DNA from: an uncultured virus (IMG/VR IMGVR_UViG_2860815047_000004)
Taxonomy: Duplodnaviria; Heunggongvirae; Uroviricota; Caudoviricetes
Reading direction: 5' to 3' (one strand)
IMG/VR virus record: IMGVR_UViG_2860815047_000004
DNA length: 64,000 bases
Shown in pieces: positions 12,769 to 24,524 of this stretch (position 1 is its first letter; every line of letters begins with the position of its first letter). The position numbers and the translations under genes are program-made. The notes under the pieces were generated by a model, which saw only the letters and a program-made list of their open reading frames with translations, was not told where the DNA came from and did no database searches.

Positions 12769-15700
12769 TCATGAGTTGTTGAAATTTATGCCTTTGTTTT
12801 TAAGACCATTTGCAAATTTATTAAATACAAAATCAGCTGTTTTCTGAGGATTCCCTGATTCGTTAATGGTGAATTCAACTTTAAAATCATTGTTGTTTAC
12901 AGTGCCATTTACTGACTTAGCTGCGTCAGGTGGGGAAGAGAGGTTTTGAATAGTCGGGATCAAACTATTAGAAAGACTCGATTGATTAATATTCGGAATT
13001 ATTGATGGAATAGAAGTAATCCCTTTGTTAATCAAGGCTGCTAATTTTCCACCTTGCCCCCATTTAGGTGTCTCTTCACTTGGAGTATTGTTCTCACGTA
13101 CAGCTTTTACTGTATCTAAGATGTTTGCAGTATCAGTTTTATTAAGGATAAGTTCTTTATCATGAAGGAAAGCGAGTTTACCTGCGCCTAGTCCTGTACC
13201 TGTATATCCACCCGATGCAAAAGAGGATACCTTTTTCCCAGTTTTATTACCTTTGGTCACAGTATTCAGGGCATTGGAGGCTTCTTTAAGCTTATCGATC
13301 AGGTTATTGGAGATGCTTTTCCCTATGGACTCCATATTGCTGTTAATGAACTTAGAGAATTCATTCAGTTGCTTAGCAATATCGGTAATTTTCCCATCCA
13401 TTAGCTTTTTCTCAAGATCCTTAAATCCACGCTCATCATTGACGAGATCATCATATTTCTTGTTAATTGAATCTTCATCTTTTTGAAGCTGATCTTGTAA
13501 CGATTCTTTTCGTTTACTGTTTTCACGATCTTTAAGAAACTCATCTAATGCTTCTTGCTGTTCTTGAAGTTGCTTTTCTAAGTCTTTAACCTGTGATTTT
13601 GCTTCATCTGAGTCATCGAGAGACAGTTTATTTAGCTTATCTTTGGTTTCCTGAATAGCCTGATTCTTTTCTTTGAGCTCTTTTTGGTATTTAGCTTCAT
13701 CATCAGTTTTATCAATCTCATCAATCAAGTCTTGCGTAGCTTTTTGGTGCGCTTTTAATTCAATATCACGCATCTTTTCGTACATCTCTTTATAGATGGA
13801 GACAACTTCATCAGCAAGAGATTTGTACACATCTTTGATTGATTTCTTTGTGTTGTAAAGCTCCAGATTGTAATCCTTCTGCTTATCTTTCCAATTTTCG
13901 ATCTCCTCTGTGATTTGTTTCTGGATGTCAGGAAAGCCCTTTGCTGCTTTCTTTTGTGCTTCCAACTGTTTGATATACTTCTTCGCTTCAGTCTGTTGCT
14001 GCTGAATAAGCTTAATCTGTTGGCTATAATATTTAACCTTGTCTTTATCTTCCTCGGTCATGGATATTTTGTTGCTAACATCTTTAAGCTTAGATTCAGT
14101 TTTCTTGGTTGATTTCTCAATACCGTTAAGCGTTTCGTCAACTTTAGATTGGATGAGCTGTCCCTGAAGTTCTCTTACTTCTTCTTGAAAGTTGATGAGA
14201 TCAATCTTAGCTTGTTTTAATTCCTCAGCAAGCTGTGCTCTTTGAGCAGCATTCAAAGTTTTGTTTGTTTTGATTTCTTTTTCAATAAAAGAAACCTTTT
14301 GACTCTGAATCTTTTGCTGTTCAGTTAAAGCTTTTTTCTGATCGTTTGTATACTTACGGAACTCTTTACTGTCGCTCAGATAGTGACTAGCGAGGGCTTT
14401 GTCTTTAGCGATTCTTACATCAAAATCACCAATACGCTTGTCATATTCATCGAGTTTCGATTGAACGATTTCATATCTGAGTTCCTGTATCTGATCGTTT
14501 ACTGAATCAATATCACCTTGAAGAGAGAGAAGGTCGGATTTAGCTTGCGCTATTGCTTGTTGTCGTTCTGCTTCGGCTTGGGATGCATCTGAAATAGATG
14601 TACCGACACCTTTTAAATACTTCTCAGGATCAATTGTCTTTCCGTTTTCCTCAATTTGAAGATGTAGGTGATTTCCTGTTGAATTACCCGTACTGCCAAC
14701 TTTACCAATGGTCTGGCCAGCTTTAACAGTTTGACCGGCTTTAACAGAAGGGGTATCAAGCATATGCATATACTTAGCAACTTTTCCATCATCCTGTTGA
14801 ATGACAACCCAGTTACCGGCAGTTTTACTATAACCAGCAATTTGAACTTTTCCACTCTGAACGGATTTAATTGCGGTTCCAGCTTTTGCTGCGAAGTCGA
14901 TACCTTTATGTGGAGTTGATCGGTAAGCGCCATCTTGCGCATTATATTTAGAACTTATTCTAAACGCACTGTTCTTCGTGTAGTAGCTTGCAATGGAGGA
15001 ATTAGCAGAAGTCATTGACTTGGTGTAATTTGACATGATCTTCTGAACATAATTCTGAGTTTCCTTGAAAGGAGGGACGCCGCCGTATTTGATTACATTA
15101 CCAGGCCCTGCGTTATAAGCAGCAAGTGCTTTCTCAACATTGCCACCAAATTTGCTTAGTTGTTGAGCTAAATATTTCGTGCCACCCATAATGCTCTGAT
15201 AAGGATCATAAACATTGTTTACACCTAAGCTTTTAGCAGTGGAAGGCATCAACTGCATCAAACCAGCAGCCCCGGCTCCAGAACGAGCCCTTGCATTGAA
15301 TCCTGATTCTTGTTGGATTACAGCTGCAATTAGAGCTGGATCAACACCGTATTTGCTTGCGGCAGAATTAATGTAGCTGGAGTATTTACCGGAGTAAGAC
15401 CCGCCACCGGAAGAATAAGAACCACCAGAAGATGAACCAGAGGAAAGGGAAGAGGTAACTATACCGTATTGTGCAATGTTCCCTGACTTAATTTGATCCT
15501 TGAGGAGTTTGGCTTGCTCCTGCATAAGCTTTTTCTTTTGTTGAAGAGCTTTAATTTCTTTCTGCAGGGCATTTCGATAACTTTGGGAATACTTTGGATA
15601 GTCGTTTACTTGCTTATTATATTTTTCGACTTCAGCATTAACTTTCTCCAGAGCTTCCTTGTATTTATCAGCCACGTACATAGATGTTTTCATTTCCTCA

Positions 15701-18102
15701 GAGGCTTTATCACTTGAAGAAGACAGGTCATCAAGAGATGTTCCTGTTTCAGATAGGGAAGTTGAAGCCAAATCGGCCAGTTTATCAAGCTCTTTAAGCT
15801 GATCGGTGATATCAGTGACCTGGTTTAAATCATCCTGTGTTTTCGGTAGGAACTGTAGCGCACCACTGTTCCCTTTTTTTAGTTCGTTGTATATCTTTTT
15901 CTTGTTGTCTTCAAGCTCGGACTTCATTTTATAAGCGTCTTGAACAGTCTTGATAGCCTTGACTTCAGACTTATACATATTAATCTTTTTGTTTAATGCA
16001 TTAGCCTGATTAATTAGATCTTGTCTTACAGATTGTTGCATATCATTGTAAGCTTTGAGTTTTGTGTCCCGAAGCTTAACAACTGCATTTCTGTTGATTT
16101 TTACAACACCATTTTCAACAGAAATTGCATCAGCAAGATCATGTTCTTTCTGAATAAGCTTCATGGCTTCTGTTGCAGATATGCTTTTACCTTCAGACAT
16201 TTTTTCAAGGAGGTTATTTAAAGGGGAGATGCTTTCAGACATAGTGTCATAAGCTTCATTTTGAATGGCAGATATAGCAGCATCATTTTGTTTCGATTCA
16301 ACTAAATCATCGATGATTCCTTTAATTGCTTCAAAATCACCTTTAGCCTCTTTGAGCTTGTCAGATAAATTCCCGACTTGCTCACCTAATGCATCTACAC
16401 CTTCACCATTTTCATCCCAGGTTACTTTTGCAGTTTGTGCAGAATCATTTGTAGAGTCAATGGCTTCTTTTAAATTGTCATAAGAGAGAACCAAGCCATT
16501 ATTCTTGTTTTCACCAGTCATGTATTGATTGACGAGCTCTTCCAGGCTCTTAGATGCGGAAGCAAATCCGTCTTTATCACCAGAGTTCAGTGCTTTTTGT
16601 ATTCTTACCAAGTCGTCAGAAACTGTTTTAGAAAAGGAGGTTAGTTCATCAGCACTAAGCTTAGTAAAATCAATTTTGCTAAATGCATCGTTAATGTCTT
16701 TCTTTATATTTGGGTCAATTTTTATTGAGTTATAAGCGTCAACTGTTTTCTGAACTTGTTCCCTTATTTCAATCTGAACACCAGATAGACTTTGACCCAG
16801 TCTTTTGGCTTCTTGTTCGGCTTTAACACCTGCATTTTTGTAATCATCATCGCTAGAGAAAGGATTCTCCAGGAAAGACCAAACAGATTTACCTTTTGAG
16901 TACGTATTTGCCATTTTCTCGTACTGGTTGATCTGTTCTATTAATTTGTCAAATTCTTTGAGCTGGTCTTTGAAATCACTATTAGTACTTGTTTTGATAT
17001 CTTCTTTGTTTAAACTGGCTAAGTCTTCGGTGTACTTAATGGCATCCTTTAATGCCTCGTTATTTTTTATAATAGCATTGCCTTGAGAATCATAACCAGA
17101 AACCAGCATAGGAAATGTTTGTGCTAATTGTTGTGTTACTTGTAGATATTCTTGTTCTTTTTCAGATGATAAAGAACCTGCTTCCTTAGCTTTTTGAAGG
17201 TCTTGATATTGACTTATTAGTTTGTCGGTTTCATCTTTATTAGTTGTAATTGCTTCAATGCTTGTAGACTTTGATTGCTCAAAATCCTCTTTAGCTTGTT
17301 TAAGCTTTGAATAAGATGAAATGAGTTTTTCAATTACTACACCAAGCCCAATCATTGCGGCCATTGGAAGAAAACTACCTGCTAAGAATGCTCCAGTAGT
17401 CATTGCTACTTTTTTAAGCCCGGCTAGGGACGTACTAAATGCAGTTACAATTCTATTCCAAATAACTGTTTTGGCAGACGCAGTGGTTACACCTACAGTT
17501 ACAGCATTAAAGTTGAGCGCTAAATTCTTAAGAGTAGCTCCCATTGCCATTCCTGAAGTAAGTGCACTTGTACGGAGGGAAGTGTTGAAAAGCATAACTG
17601 CAGCTGTAGCGGCTCCTATAACTTGGGGAAGAAGTCCAACTGATTTAGTTATTTGGGCACTTATTTGCATTAAACCTTTAAGCGCATCTGCAAAAACAAC
17701 AATGCTATCTGATATGAAAGCTTCACTTGAGGCAACCGACATTTCTGTAAATGCATTTGACAACCTGTTTAATCTTGCCTGTAAGCTGTCTGCATATTTC
17801 TGTTGCTCGCTCCATGCACTTCCAGCGGAATTAGCGGCAGTCGTTGCGGCATTCTGGGCAATAGAGAAATTATTCATCATTGCATTAAATCTTGAAAGCT
17901 GATAAATACCGGCTACGCCTATTGAGGTATTTTGCTTTTGAGCATCACTCAGAGTGTCCCATTTTTCTGCAACTTCGCCGATAAGGTCACTTGCTGACTT
18001 AGCTTCTCCACCCGCAGTCTTTACAGAAATTCCGATCTGTTCTAAGGCTTTAATTGAGCTATCATTGTTTCCAATTCGTGCGAAAATGGTTTTAAGTGAG
18101 TT
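12769..18102 (-). CDS. cwlP: Tape measure protein CwlP, exon 2 (lytic transglycosylase and M23 peptidase domains)
   Basis: [23 protein letters not shown] motif; HKGIDF...HLHLQ M23 motif; resumes at [10 protein letters not shown]. Confidence 0.93.
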   Translation of the reverse strand, partial: NSLKTIFARIGNNDSSIKALEQIGISVKTAGGEAKSASDLIGEVAEKWDTLSDAQKQNTSIGVAGIYQLSRFNAMMNNFSIAQNAATTAANSAGSAWSEQQKYADSLQARLNRLSNAFTEMSVASSEAFISDSIVVFADALKGLMQISAQITKSVGLLPQVIGAATAAVMLFNTSLRTSALTSGMAMGATLKNLALNFNAVTVGVTTASAKTVIWNRIVTAFSTSLAGLKKVAMTTGAFLAGSFLPMAAMIGLGVVIEKLISSYSKLKQAKEDFEQSKSTSIEAITTNKDETDKLISQYQDLQKAKEAGSLSSEKEQEYLQVTQQLAQTFPMLVSGYDSQGNAIIKNNEALKDAIKYTEDLASLNKEDIKTSTNSDFKDQLKEFDKLIEQINQYEKMANTYSKGKSVWSFLENPFSSDDDYKNAGVKAEQEAKRLGQSLSGVQIEIREQVQKTVDAYNSIKIDPNIKKDINDAFSKIDFTKLSADELTSFSKTVSDDLVRIQKALNSGDKDGFASASKSLEELVNQYMTGENKNNGLVLSYDNLKEAIDSTNDSAQTAKVTWDENGEGVDALGEQVGNLSDKLKEAKGDFEAIKGIIDDLVESKQNDAAISAIQNEAYDTMSESISPLNNLLEKMSEGKSISATEAMKLIQKEHDLADAISVENGVVKINRNAVVKLRDTKLKAYNDMQQSVRQDLINQANALNKKINMYKSEVKAIKTVQDAYKMKSELEDNKKKIYNELKKGNSGALQFLPKTQDDLNQVTDITDQLKELDKLADLASTSLSETGTSLDDLSSSSDKASEEMKTSMYVADKYKEALEKVNAEVEKYNKQVNDYPKYSQSYRNALQKEIKALQQKKKLMQEQAKLLKDQIKSGNIAQYGIVTSSLSSGSSSGGSYSSGGGSYSGKYSSYINSAASKYGVDPALIAAVIQQESGFNARARSGAGAAGLMQLMPSTAKSLGVNNVYDPYQSIMGGTKYLAQQLSKFGGNVEKALAAYNAGPGNVIKYGGVPPFKETQNYVQKIMSNYTKSMTSANSSIASYYTKNSAFRISSKYNAQDGAYRSTPHKGIDFAAKAGTAIKSVQSGKVQIAGYSKTAGNWVVIQQDDGKVAKYMHMLDTPSVKAGQTVKAGQTIGKVGSTGNSTGNHLHLQIEENGKTIDPEKYLKGVGTSISDASQAEAERQQAIAQAKSDLLSLQGDIDSVNDQIQELRYEIVQSKLDEYDKRIGDFDVRIAKDKALASHYLSDSKEFRKYTNDQKKALTEQQKIQSQKVSFIEKEIKTNKTLNAAQRAQLAEELKQAKIDLINFQEEVRELQGQLIQSKVDETLNGIEKSTKKTESKLKDVSNKISMTEEDKDKVKYYSQQIKLIQQQQTEAKKYIKQLEAQKKAAKGFPDIQKQITEEIENWKDKQKDYNLELYNTKKSIKDVYKSLADEVVSIYKEMYEKMRDIELKAHQKATQDLIDEIDKTDDEAKYQKELKEKNQAIQETKDKLNKLSLDDSDEAKSQVKDLEKQLQEQQEALDEFLKDRENSKRKESLQDQLQKDEDSINKKYDDLVNDERGFKDLEKKLMDGKITDIAKQLNEFSKFINSNMESIGKSISNNLIDKLKEASNALNTVTKGNKTGKKVSSFASGGYTGTGLGAGKLAFLHDKELILNKTDTANILDTVKAVRENNTPSEETPKWGQGGKLAALINKGITSIPSIIPNINQSSLSNSLIPTIQNLSSPPDAAKSVNGTVNNNDFKVEFTINESGNPQKTADFVFNKFANGLKNKGINFNNS

Positions 18103-18327
18103 CAATTCTGTTACTTTCACCTTAAAGGTTACTGACCACTATGTGTGGCGGTGTGATACTTCAATCACACTCTCTATGTTTCCATAGATGTTCAGACTGT
18201 CGCTTCGCAATATAGCGTCTCTTCGCTCAGTCGTTCAGGCTGCAATAACGCTTGCCCCTTGTCGTCCTCGTCTTAACGTTAGGAGTTCCAAGTCAATCAG
18301 AAGAGATTTAAAGTCAGCAATCACTTT
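18103..18327 (-). mobile_element. Group I intron (225 nt, no homing endonuclease) in cwlP
   Basis: Exon ends ...GTC GGT; P1 AGUCGGU/GCUGACU with U.G at the splice site; P7-type GACUG/CAGUC; terminal G; removal gives in-frame [17 protein letters not shown]. Confidence 0.9.
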
Positions 18328-19893
18328 ACCGACTATATTTCCACTTTCGCGTGTGGTACTTCCAATTGCTGTAGTGTATCCAATTAAATCATTTAATTCA
18401 ACGCCAAAAGTAGAAGCAGTGCTTCCTGCTTTTCGAATTGAGTTGGCTAGATCAAGAGTGGTTACAGCATAGTTGTTATCTACTTCATTTAGCTTATCTG
18501 CGACTGAAATAGAATCATTAGCTGCAATATTGAAGTTTAACATTGCGGCAGTTAAAGTGTTAACTGTGTCGTCAGGAGTCAAGTCAGAGACGTTTTGAAG
18601 TACCTGAGCGGTTTTTGTTAGAGTGGATAGTTCACTTTCATCGAACCCCATTCGCCCGAAATCGCCAGTCATTTGGAGAATATCGGTGATTTTGTTTGAA
18701 AGGGTGTCACCTAAATTTATTGAATCCTGAAGTAGCTCATTGTATTTATAGTCCGGCTCATTCATAACACGTCTGATATTTGTCATCAAAGTGTCAATTT
18801 CAACAGCCTGTGATACCATTTCTTTGAGCCCGGATATTGCGCCATAAAACAAAGTACCAGATATTAAATACGTCGACATACTTTTGAAAGCTTGAGTTAA
18901 CTCCGCACCAAATGAAGAGGCTTGATTAGCTGCTGTTTGAGCATTTGAAGCCAGTTCCCTGAATTGCACGTTCAAACTTTGCATTTGAGATCTGATATTG
19001 TTACCGCCGGCACTTACGTTAAGACTATTAACCGCATTCAGATATTCTTGAATAGCTTGTCTATTTCCTGCACCCATAGTATCGCCATAGCGCGTATTAA
19101 GGTTTTGTACGTTTACTTGTGCTTGGCGTTGATACAGTTCAATAGTTTTTCTGAGTTCATTATTTTTTGCCACTGCAGCAGACTTATCATCGAGCATTTT
19201 AATTCTATTTTGTAATGCTTCAATTTGTTGTGCTGTTTGCGCAGTGTTTAATTTCCGGCCAAGAGAAGAGAGGGTAGTATCAGTTACAATTCCTTGTTGC
19301 CTAAGTTTTTCTAAATCCAGCTTTAATTGTTCAATAGCTTTTCGTTGCTGATCATAGTTCGTTGTTACTTTAGATGCAGTAGCGTTTGTTTTTGGATCTG
19401 TTGTATAGGTAATATCATCGAAGCCATTGCGGTTCTTTTGAGTAACCCTCGTCGTTTGTCCTTGAGCATTCTTCTGTTCTGTTCTTTTCTGTACCTGACC
19501 TAGTTTTTCAGTCGCTTGAGCAAGCCTGTTAACTTCTTGCGTTTGTTCACGTAATGATTGATTGCGATTGTCTATGGTCTTTGTTTCACGCTGAATGATT
19601 TCGCCATTTTTCTTATATTGTTGCGTCAGCTTTTCAACAGTACCATCAGCACTTCTGGTAATCGTTGTAGTTTCTTTAACTGTTTGATTGAAGGCTTTGA
19701 GATGTTTTTGGTAAGTGTCAACCGCAGAGGAGAAGTCGTTGAGAGTCTTTAAAGCAGAGGCATCAATATTGGTCTTTAAATTAAGGGAATTTAGCTTTTT
19801 CTCTAAAGATTTAATTTGCTGATTTAACTGTTCGACAGTTTTTGAAGATGTATCAGCTTTGGGTGTGAGTATGATCTTTAAATCTTGACTCAA
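18328..19893 (-). CDS. cwlP: Tape measure protein CwlP, exon 1
   Basis: Tape-measure motif ADKLNEVDNNYAVTTLDLA...TRESGNIVG; likely TTG start at 19893; spliced product ~2299 aa. Confidence 0.9.
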
Positions 19894-19956
19894 ATATAGG
19901 TCACATCCTTTCGAGTAGGGGAGAATGATTTTTAGGGCATATAAAAAAGCCACTCA

Positions 19957-20586
19957 TTATTGAGCGACTTTGTTTGCTTTCCGTATTGCTATCTCCATAA
20001 TCCCTTGCCATATTTCAGCATTTGATAAAGCATCTTTAACTTTTGGATCATCCTGTCTAAACCCTTTAACATTCTCTAGACCAAAATCATCCTTACTCGG
20101 TAGGAAATCAAATCTGTAAATAGGGGAGGAGAAATCATCGAGCTTTAATTTTAAATCAATTTTCTTGAAGTACTTTGTTTCTGTCTTATTAGAAGATAGC
20201 CCGCCAACTAAAGCTCCAATACCTCCTGCAGCTAACCCACCAACAACAGCACCTGTTATTTGGCTTCCTTTGGACACTTTAGTAACTGTGCTATCATCAA
20301 TTGAAACCTCGGCTTCAATTATTTTTTGAAAGGGAATGATTTTTTCTTCCAGTGTTCCACTTTGGTTGAATCTATGGATTACAAATTTATCTTCTGGCTC
20401 AACCAATGTAAGTTTTGTTGTCTTATCCGGATTTAAGATAACCTTGTATTGAGTAGGGAAGTTTCCAGCAGTTTCAATTTCAACTAACTTTTTTTTCTTA
20501 ATTTCTTTCTGTTTATCTGTTCCAAAATCTCCAATTATAAAAAAAGCAGCAATGATCAATAAAATAACTATTGCCCAGATCATCAA
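19957..20586 (-). CDS. Accessory membrane-anchored protein
   Basis: N-terminal TM; GAVVGGLAAGGIGALVGG glycine-rich segment. Confidence 0.75.
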   Translation of the reverse strand: MMIWAIVILLIIAAFFIIGDFGTDKQKEIKKKKLVEIETAGNFPTQYKVILNPDKTTKLTLVEPEDKFVIHRFNQSGTLEEKIIPFQKIIEAEVSIDDSTVTKVSKGSQITGAVVGGLAAGGIGALVGGLSSNKTETKYFKKIDLKLKLDDFSSPIYRFDFLPSKDDFGLENVKGFRQDDPKVKDALSNAEIWQGIMEIAIRKANKVAQ

Positions 20587-20660
20587 ACCACCACCAGTAT
20601 TATTTTCCTACATTATATCATGGTTTCCAGAAGGTTAGAACTGTATATTGGATAATTTAG

Positions 20661-21137
20661 TCACTGCTCTTTTTCTGACTTTACTTGTTCAAGTAAGCTC
20701 CTGTAACGTGAGGCATTAGATCGGTGAGTTTTCCCTTTGTTTACTCCACAGATTATAAGGAAAAAGAATACTGCTGCCATAATAACTGAATAGGAGAGGG
20801 AAAGTAAATACTCAAAAGACTTTTCGTCGATATTAAATTGCAAGAAATCAACTAAAGCTTTAATAAAAAAAGTTCCTACCACAATTCCAGAAGTAAGCTT
20901 TGAATTATCGTAGGCTTCTTCAATATTTTTCATCCTTGCAATTGCAAGAATAATAGTGTCTTTATCTAATCTTCGTATGCGATTCAATTCAGTTTTTGGA
21001 TTTTTATCATGAAAATATCCAAAGCTATCAATTATATATTCAATTAATTCTTCATCAGTCCATTTAAGTAACACTTCTCTTAAAGCGTAGGTTTTCTTTT
21101 TAATTTTTTTCTTTTTAAACCACATAAATAAATTCAC
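20661..21137 (-). CDS. Accessory two-TM membrane protein
   Basis: 158-aa ORF, AT-rich, two C-terminal hydrophobic segments. Confidence 0.7.
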   Translation of the reverse strand: MNLFMWFKKKKIKKKTYALREVLLKWTDEELIEYIIDSFGYFHDKNPKTELNRIRRLDKDTIILAIARMKNIEEAYDNSKLTSGIVVGTFFIKALVDFLQFNIDEKSFEYLLSLSYSVIMAAVFFFLIICGVNKGKTHRSNASRYRSLLEQVKSEKEQ

Positions 21138-21240
21138 CTCTCCATATTATCGTCAAATATGGAAATATGTTTAAGGCTTTATACATAAGCAAAATCCCTC
21201 AATTGAAGGATTTTGATTCTGCATAAAAGAGGGATTTCAT

Positions 21241-22257
21241 TTACACTTCAAATTTTGCTTTCTTGTCTTGAATAGCATCTTTATTTACTTCTAGATAGTG
21301 ATTTTTTGTTACGTCAGTTCCTTTATGGTTCAATAATTGAGACACGTCCTCTAGACTCATGCCACTGTGATACAGAAGGTTACTACCACTGTGCCTTAAA
21401 TCATGACAGTGTAATTCAGGAATATCAATTATTTCTCCGATTCTCTTTATCCAATACCCTTGTAAAGTTCCGGTTTCAGCTTTTTTCCATGTGCCTCCGT
21501 ACTTTGTTATGAAAAGGTATTCGCATTCAATTCCGTTTTCGGATCTGTATTCCAGCCATTCCTTAACAAGATCAATAGCTCTTTGAGAAGGGAAGAGGGT
21601 GACTTTGTATCCTTCTTTTTCAATGACATCTTCCACCCGAAGTCTTTCAAAGTCAATTTGTTCAACTTTAACGTTGCTTATAGCATTAGCTCTGGCCATC
21701 GTGGAGAGACCGAATTCAAAGAAGAGCTCTAACTGAATATTTTCCTTCTTTTTAAGTCCTTTTCTGATTTCTTCAACTTGTTCTTTTGTTAGGAAGGTCT
21801 GTTTAATTTGAAGTTTTTCACCAGTTCCAGCCTTAGGTCTGTCTAAGAAGTCAACGGGATTCTCTTTGATCTTACGTTTTTTCCTTAAAAATAAAAAGAA
21901 TGAGCTAATGCTACTCATTCGTCTCTGAATTCTTCGTTCATTATTGCCTAGAATACTGGTACAGAATGCAACAAAGTCTTCAATTAAATCAACCATATCA
22001 TCAGGATCTTCTTTAATAATATCCACAATGTGCTGATTATTGTAATTCTCTAAAATGTATACCAGCCATTGATTGAAATCTGATTGATATCCCACTTTAC
22101 TGGATTCCGAAAGGTTCATGTTTTTAAAGACAAAATACTTTCGGATTAATTCCGCATTTTTGGGGTTAATTTTGTTGACCTTTTCTTTTGTTGCATATGC
22201 TATCTTTTTTCTGGCCATTAATACACCACCGTTATTCTGTTTTAATACCACTTGCAT
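21241..22257 (-). CDS. yomM: Tyrosine recombinase (YomM-like)
   Basis: Catalytic pattern R (STMARANA), HDLRH, LNH, HY; real start probably MARKK at 22218. Confidence 0.9.
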   Translation of the reverse strand: MQVVLKQNNGGVLMARKKIAYATKEKVNKINPKNAELIRKYFVFKNMNLSESSKVGYQSDFNQWLVYILENYNNQHIVDIIKEDPDDMVDLIEDFVAFCTSILGNNERRIQRRMSSISSFFLFLRKKRKIKENPVDFLDRPKAGTGEKLQIKQTFLTKEQVEEIRKGLKKKENIQLELFFEFGLSTMARANAISNVKVEQIDFERLRVEDVIEKEGYKVTLFPSQRAIDLVKEWLEYRSENGIECEYLFITKYGGTWKKAETGTLQGYWIKRIGEIIDIPELHCHDLRHSGSNLLYHSGMSLEDVSQLLNHKGTDVTKNHYLEVNKDAIQDKKAKFEV

Positions 22258-22648
22258 TTAAATCTTTTTTCATAGCAGCAACTAATCGTCCATCTTTTAA
22301 CGATTCAGCGGTATTCTTCATAAATGGGCGAGGTTTTCCGTAACCATAACCGTATTTATCTGGATACGTGTATCCTTGACCAGTCTCAACAACCGTGGCA
22401 ACATCCTTACCGTTGTCTTCACGGGTATTATCTAATGAAATTCCGTTAGATTCGTTTTGAACGACAAAGGAGTCCTTCAAAAGAGATGTACGTTCATATT
22501 CAAGGGGATCGTATTCCTCATATACATCAGATTGCACATGCTCTTGACCAGTTTTAATCATTGTATTTTTTGTGCTTGATTGTTTTTGTACGGCTTGCTT
22601 CGCGGCAAATTCAATTAGTGCTGCTATTTCTTTTATATTCTTGGCCAT
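22232..22648 (-). CDS. yomN: Virion protein (YomN, HK97 gp10-like C-terminus)
   Basis: VETG...KPRPFM motif; 138 aa; synteny. Confidence 0.7.
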   Translation of the reverse strand: MAKNIKEIAALIEFAAKQAVQKQSSTKNTMIKTGQEHVQSDVYEEYDPLEYERTSLLKDSFVVQNESNGISLDNTREDNGKDVATVVETGQGYTYPDKYGYGYGKPRPFMKNTAESLKDGRLVAAMKKDLNASGIKTE

Positions 22649-23133
22649 TATTCAGCCTCTTGTTCATTTTCAATCTCATCGACTTTATTAAGGATGAGGT
22701 TATTTATTTCTTCCTGAGACATATTTGAAAGTTTGTCTAAATTCTCTTGCATCATCTTTGTTGCTTTTCCAAATTTCTTCATACTTTCTTCGGGAAAGCT
22801 GTTAATAATCAAAGGGAAAAATTCAGAGTCCACAAGTTTAACAAACCACTTAACTTTGTTTTTAATATCACTTGGAATACCCAATTCTGTAAATTCCTTA
22901 ATTAATGAAAAGAATCCCCATTGAACAGGATTAATATCTTCAAACTTAATTCTTGCTTCTTTTGCCTCTTCTTGATCCGTAATAAATTCAGTAAGCATTT
23001 TGGTCAAGCGGGTAGGGGAGAAGTAAGGGTAAATAAAAACATGAACGTCATCAGTAAGTTGTACTCGTTCTTTCTTGTCATATTTACTTACACTTTCTTC
23101 AATCAACCCAAGATTTAATTTTTTCGATGCCAT
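22648..23133 (-). CDS. yomO: YomO-like protein
   Basis: 161 aa; synteny; AAGGAGG RBS. Confidence 0.65.
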   Translation of the reverse strand: MASKKLNLGLIEESVSKYDKKERVQLTDDVHVFIYPYFSPTRLTKMLTEFITDQEEAKEARIKFEDINPVQWGFFSLIKEFTELGIPSDIKNKVKWFVKLVDSEFFPLIINSFPEESMKKFGKATKMMQENLDKLSNMSQEEINNLILNKVDEIENEQEAE

Positions 23134-23215
23134 CTCATTTCCTCCTTATATATCCTCTGCACACATTAAAAAAGACACCTCAATAGGGGAGAGGTGTCTA
23201 AATAAAACTTGTATT

Positions 23216-24064
23216 TTATTTATAATCTTCTTTTAGAACTTTCTCTGTATAAGCTGGGTTATTTGTAAATAGTCCATCCACTTTCAACTTAAGCATTTTG
23301 GATGTGAGTGCTCTTTCTTTATCAGCGTTAAAAAACACATGTACTTTCATATTGTTTTTGTGGACTAAATCAACAAAACCTTTACCAACAAATTTTGCAT
23401 TAGGGCCAACAACATTAGAATATTTTTTTATTTCGTTTAGCTTTGATTTGCTCATCGGCTTAATGTCTTCATCTTTCAAAAGTTGAACAAGAGGAACATC
23501 ACTGTTTAGCTTATGTAACTTCTTTAGACTTTTGTCACTAAATGACTCTAAAACAACTTTGTTATTAGCGATTAGTTTATTTTTAGAAAGTATGTCAATT
23601 AACTTTTTCTCCATTACTAATTCGCCTTTGTTGTTTGTTCTAGTCTCGATGTAGTAGTTTGTAGTTTGTCCAAACTTTTTAATGATTTCTTCAATCGCTA
23701 AGATCTTTTGTCCTTTTCCAGTACGCAGCTTTTTAATCTGATCTAATGTAAGATCTTCAACTTCCCCTTTACCGTTTGTGGTTCGATCAACAGTCTTGTC
23801 ATGGTTTGCGACTAGGTGACCGTCTTTGGTTTGTCGTAAATCAATTTCAATGTAGTCTGCTTTGTCTTTTATTGCTCGTTCATAGGAGAGTAGGGTGTGT
23901 TCTGGCTCAATTTCCGAGGCGCCTCTGTGTGCAATCATTAGCGGCTCGTATTTTTTACTGCTTCCTTTCCCATAGCCTAAAGCTGATGAATCAACTTCGT
24001 TAAATGAACATCCTCCTAGTATGACTAAAGCAATAGTTAATGTTATCAATTTTATTTTTTTCAT
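23216..24064 (-). CDS. Glycerophosphodiester phosphodiesterase (GDPD) lipoprotein
   Basis: Lipobox LGGC; IAHRGAS, PEHT, IEIDLRQTKDG, VDGLFTNNP motifs. Confidence 0.92.
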   Translation of the reverse strand: MKKIKLITLTIALVILGGCSFNEVDSSALGYGKGSSKKYEPLMIAHRGASEIEPEHTLLSYERAIKDKADYIEIDLRQTKDGHLVANHDKTVDRTTNGKGEVEDLTLDQIKKLRTGKGQKILAIEEIIKKFGQTTNYYIETRTNNKGELVMEKKLIDILSKNKLIANNKVVLESFSDKSLKKLHKLNSDVPLVQLLKDEDIKPMSKSKLNEIKKYSNVVGPNAKFVGKGFVDLVHKNNMKVHVFFNADKERALTSKMLKLKVDGLFTNNPAYTEKVLKEDYK

Positions 24065-24082
24065 GATCTAAAATTATCATAA

Positions 24083-24235
24083 TTAGGTAGTTGGTTCAAT
24101 ATATTTCTTTCCAACAATTTCTTCGTACTGTTCTGGTGTAATTTTTCCTTTTACTACAGCTTGCGCTACTCGATATTCATCCCACACGCCATTACCGTCG
24201 TTGTAATAATCTTTTATAAGTTCATACCAATTCAT
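24083..24235 (-). CDS. XkdX-family small tail protein (YomP position; absent from ORF track)
   Basis: MNWYELIKDYYNDGNGVWDEYRVAQAVVKGKITPEQYEEIVGKKYIEPTT read from the sequence. Confidence 0.85.
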   Translation of the reverse strand: MNWYELIKDYYNDGNGVWDEYRVAQAVVKGKITPEQYEEIVGKKYIEPTT

Positions 24236-24514
24236 TTAAAGTACACCATCCATCATTAGTTGATATGTTAAGTCACTTAATTGTTTTTTAACCTTTTCAG
24301 CTTCCGATGGCTCGGGGTCAAGTGGTTTTAAGCTGTCAATGTATTCTTTCGATGCTGACTCAATCCATTTTTTTGTTTTAGGATTGAATTTGGGAATATA
24401 AAGACCATCGGATGGAGCTATTATAGTGCAATTATCAGGAATTGGACTATCGTCTTCAAGCACAACAGGGGATTCATAAATATAATTTTCGTCATATTTG
24501 TATACTTGCATCAT
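24236..24514 (-). CDS. Tail fibre assembly/chaperone-like protein (YomQ position)
   Basis: MMQVYKYDENYIY...PDNCT.IAP..GLYIPKF....KKWIE; follows tail fibre. Confidence 0.7.
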   Translation of the reverse strand: MMQVYKYDENYIYESPVVLEDDSPIPDNCTIIAPSDGLYIPKFNPKTKKWIESASKEYIDSLKPLDPEPSEAEKVKKQLSDLTYQLMMDGVL

Positions 24515-24524
24515 AATATTCTCC

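Noticed and set aside
18120..18235. Programmed frameshift or readthrough between the two tape-measure ORFs
   Set aside because: The ORFs are in the same frame and the intervening sequence is intron-like; splicing explains it more simply.
21241..22257. Prophage integrase marking an att boundary
   Set aside because: It is embedded among tail genes with phage genes on both sides and no host DNA nearby.
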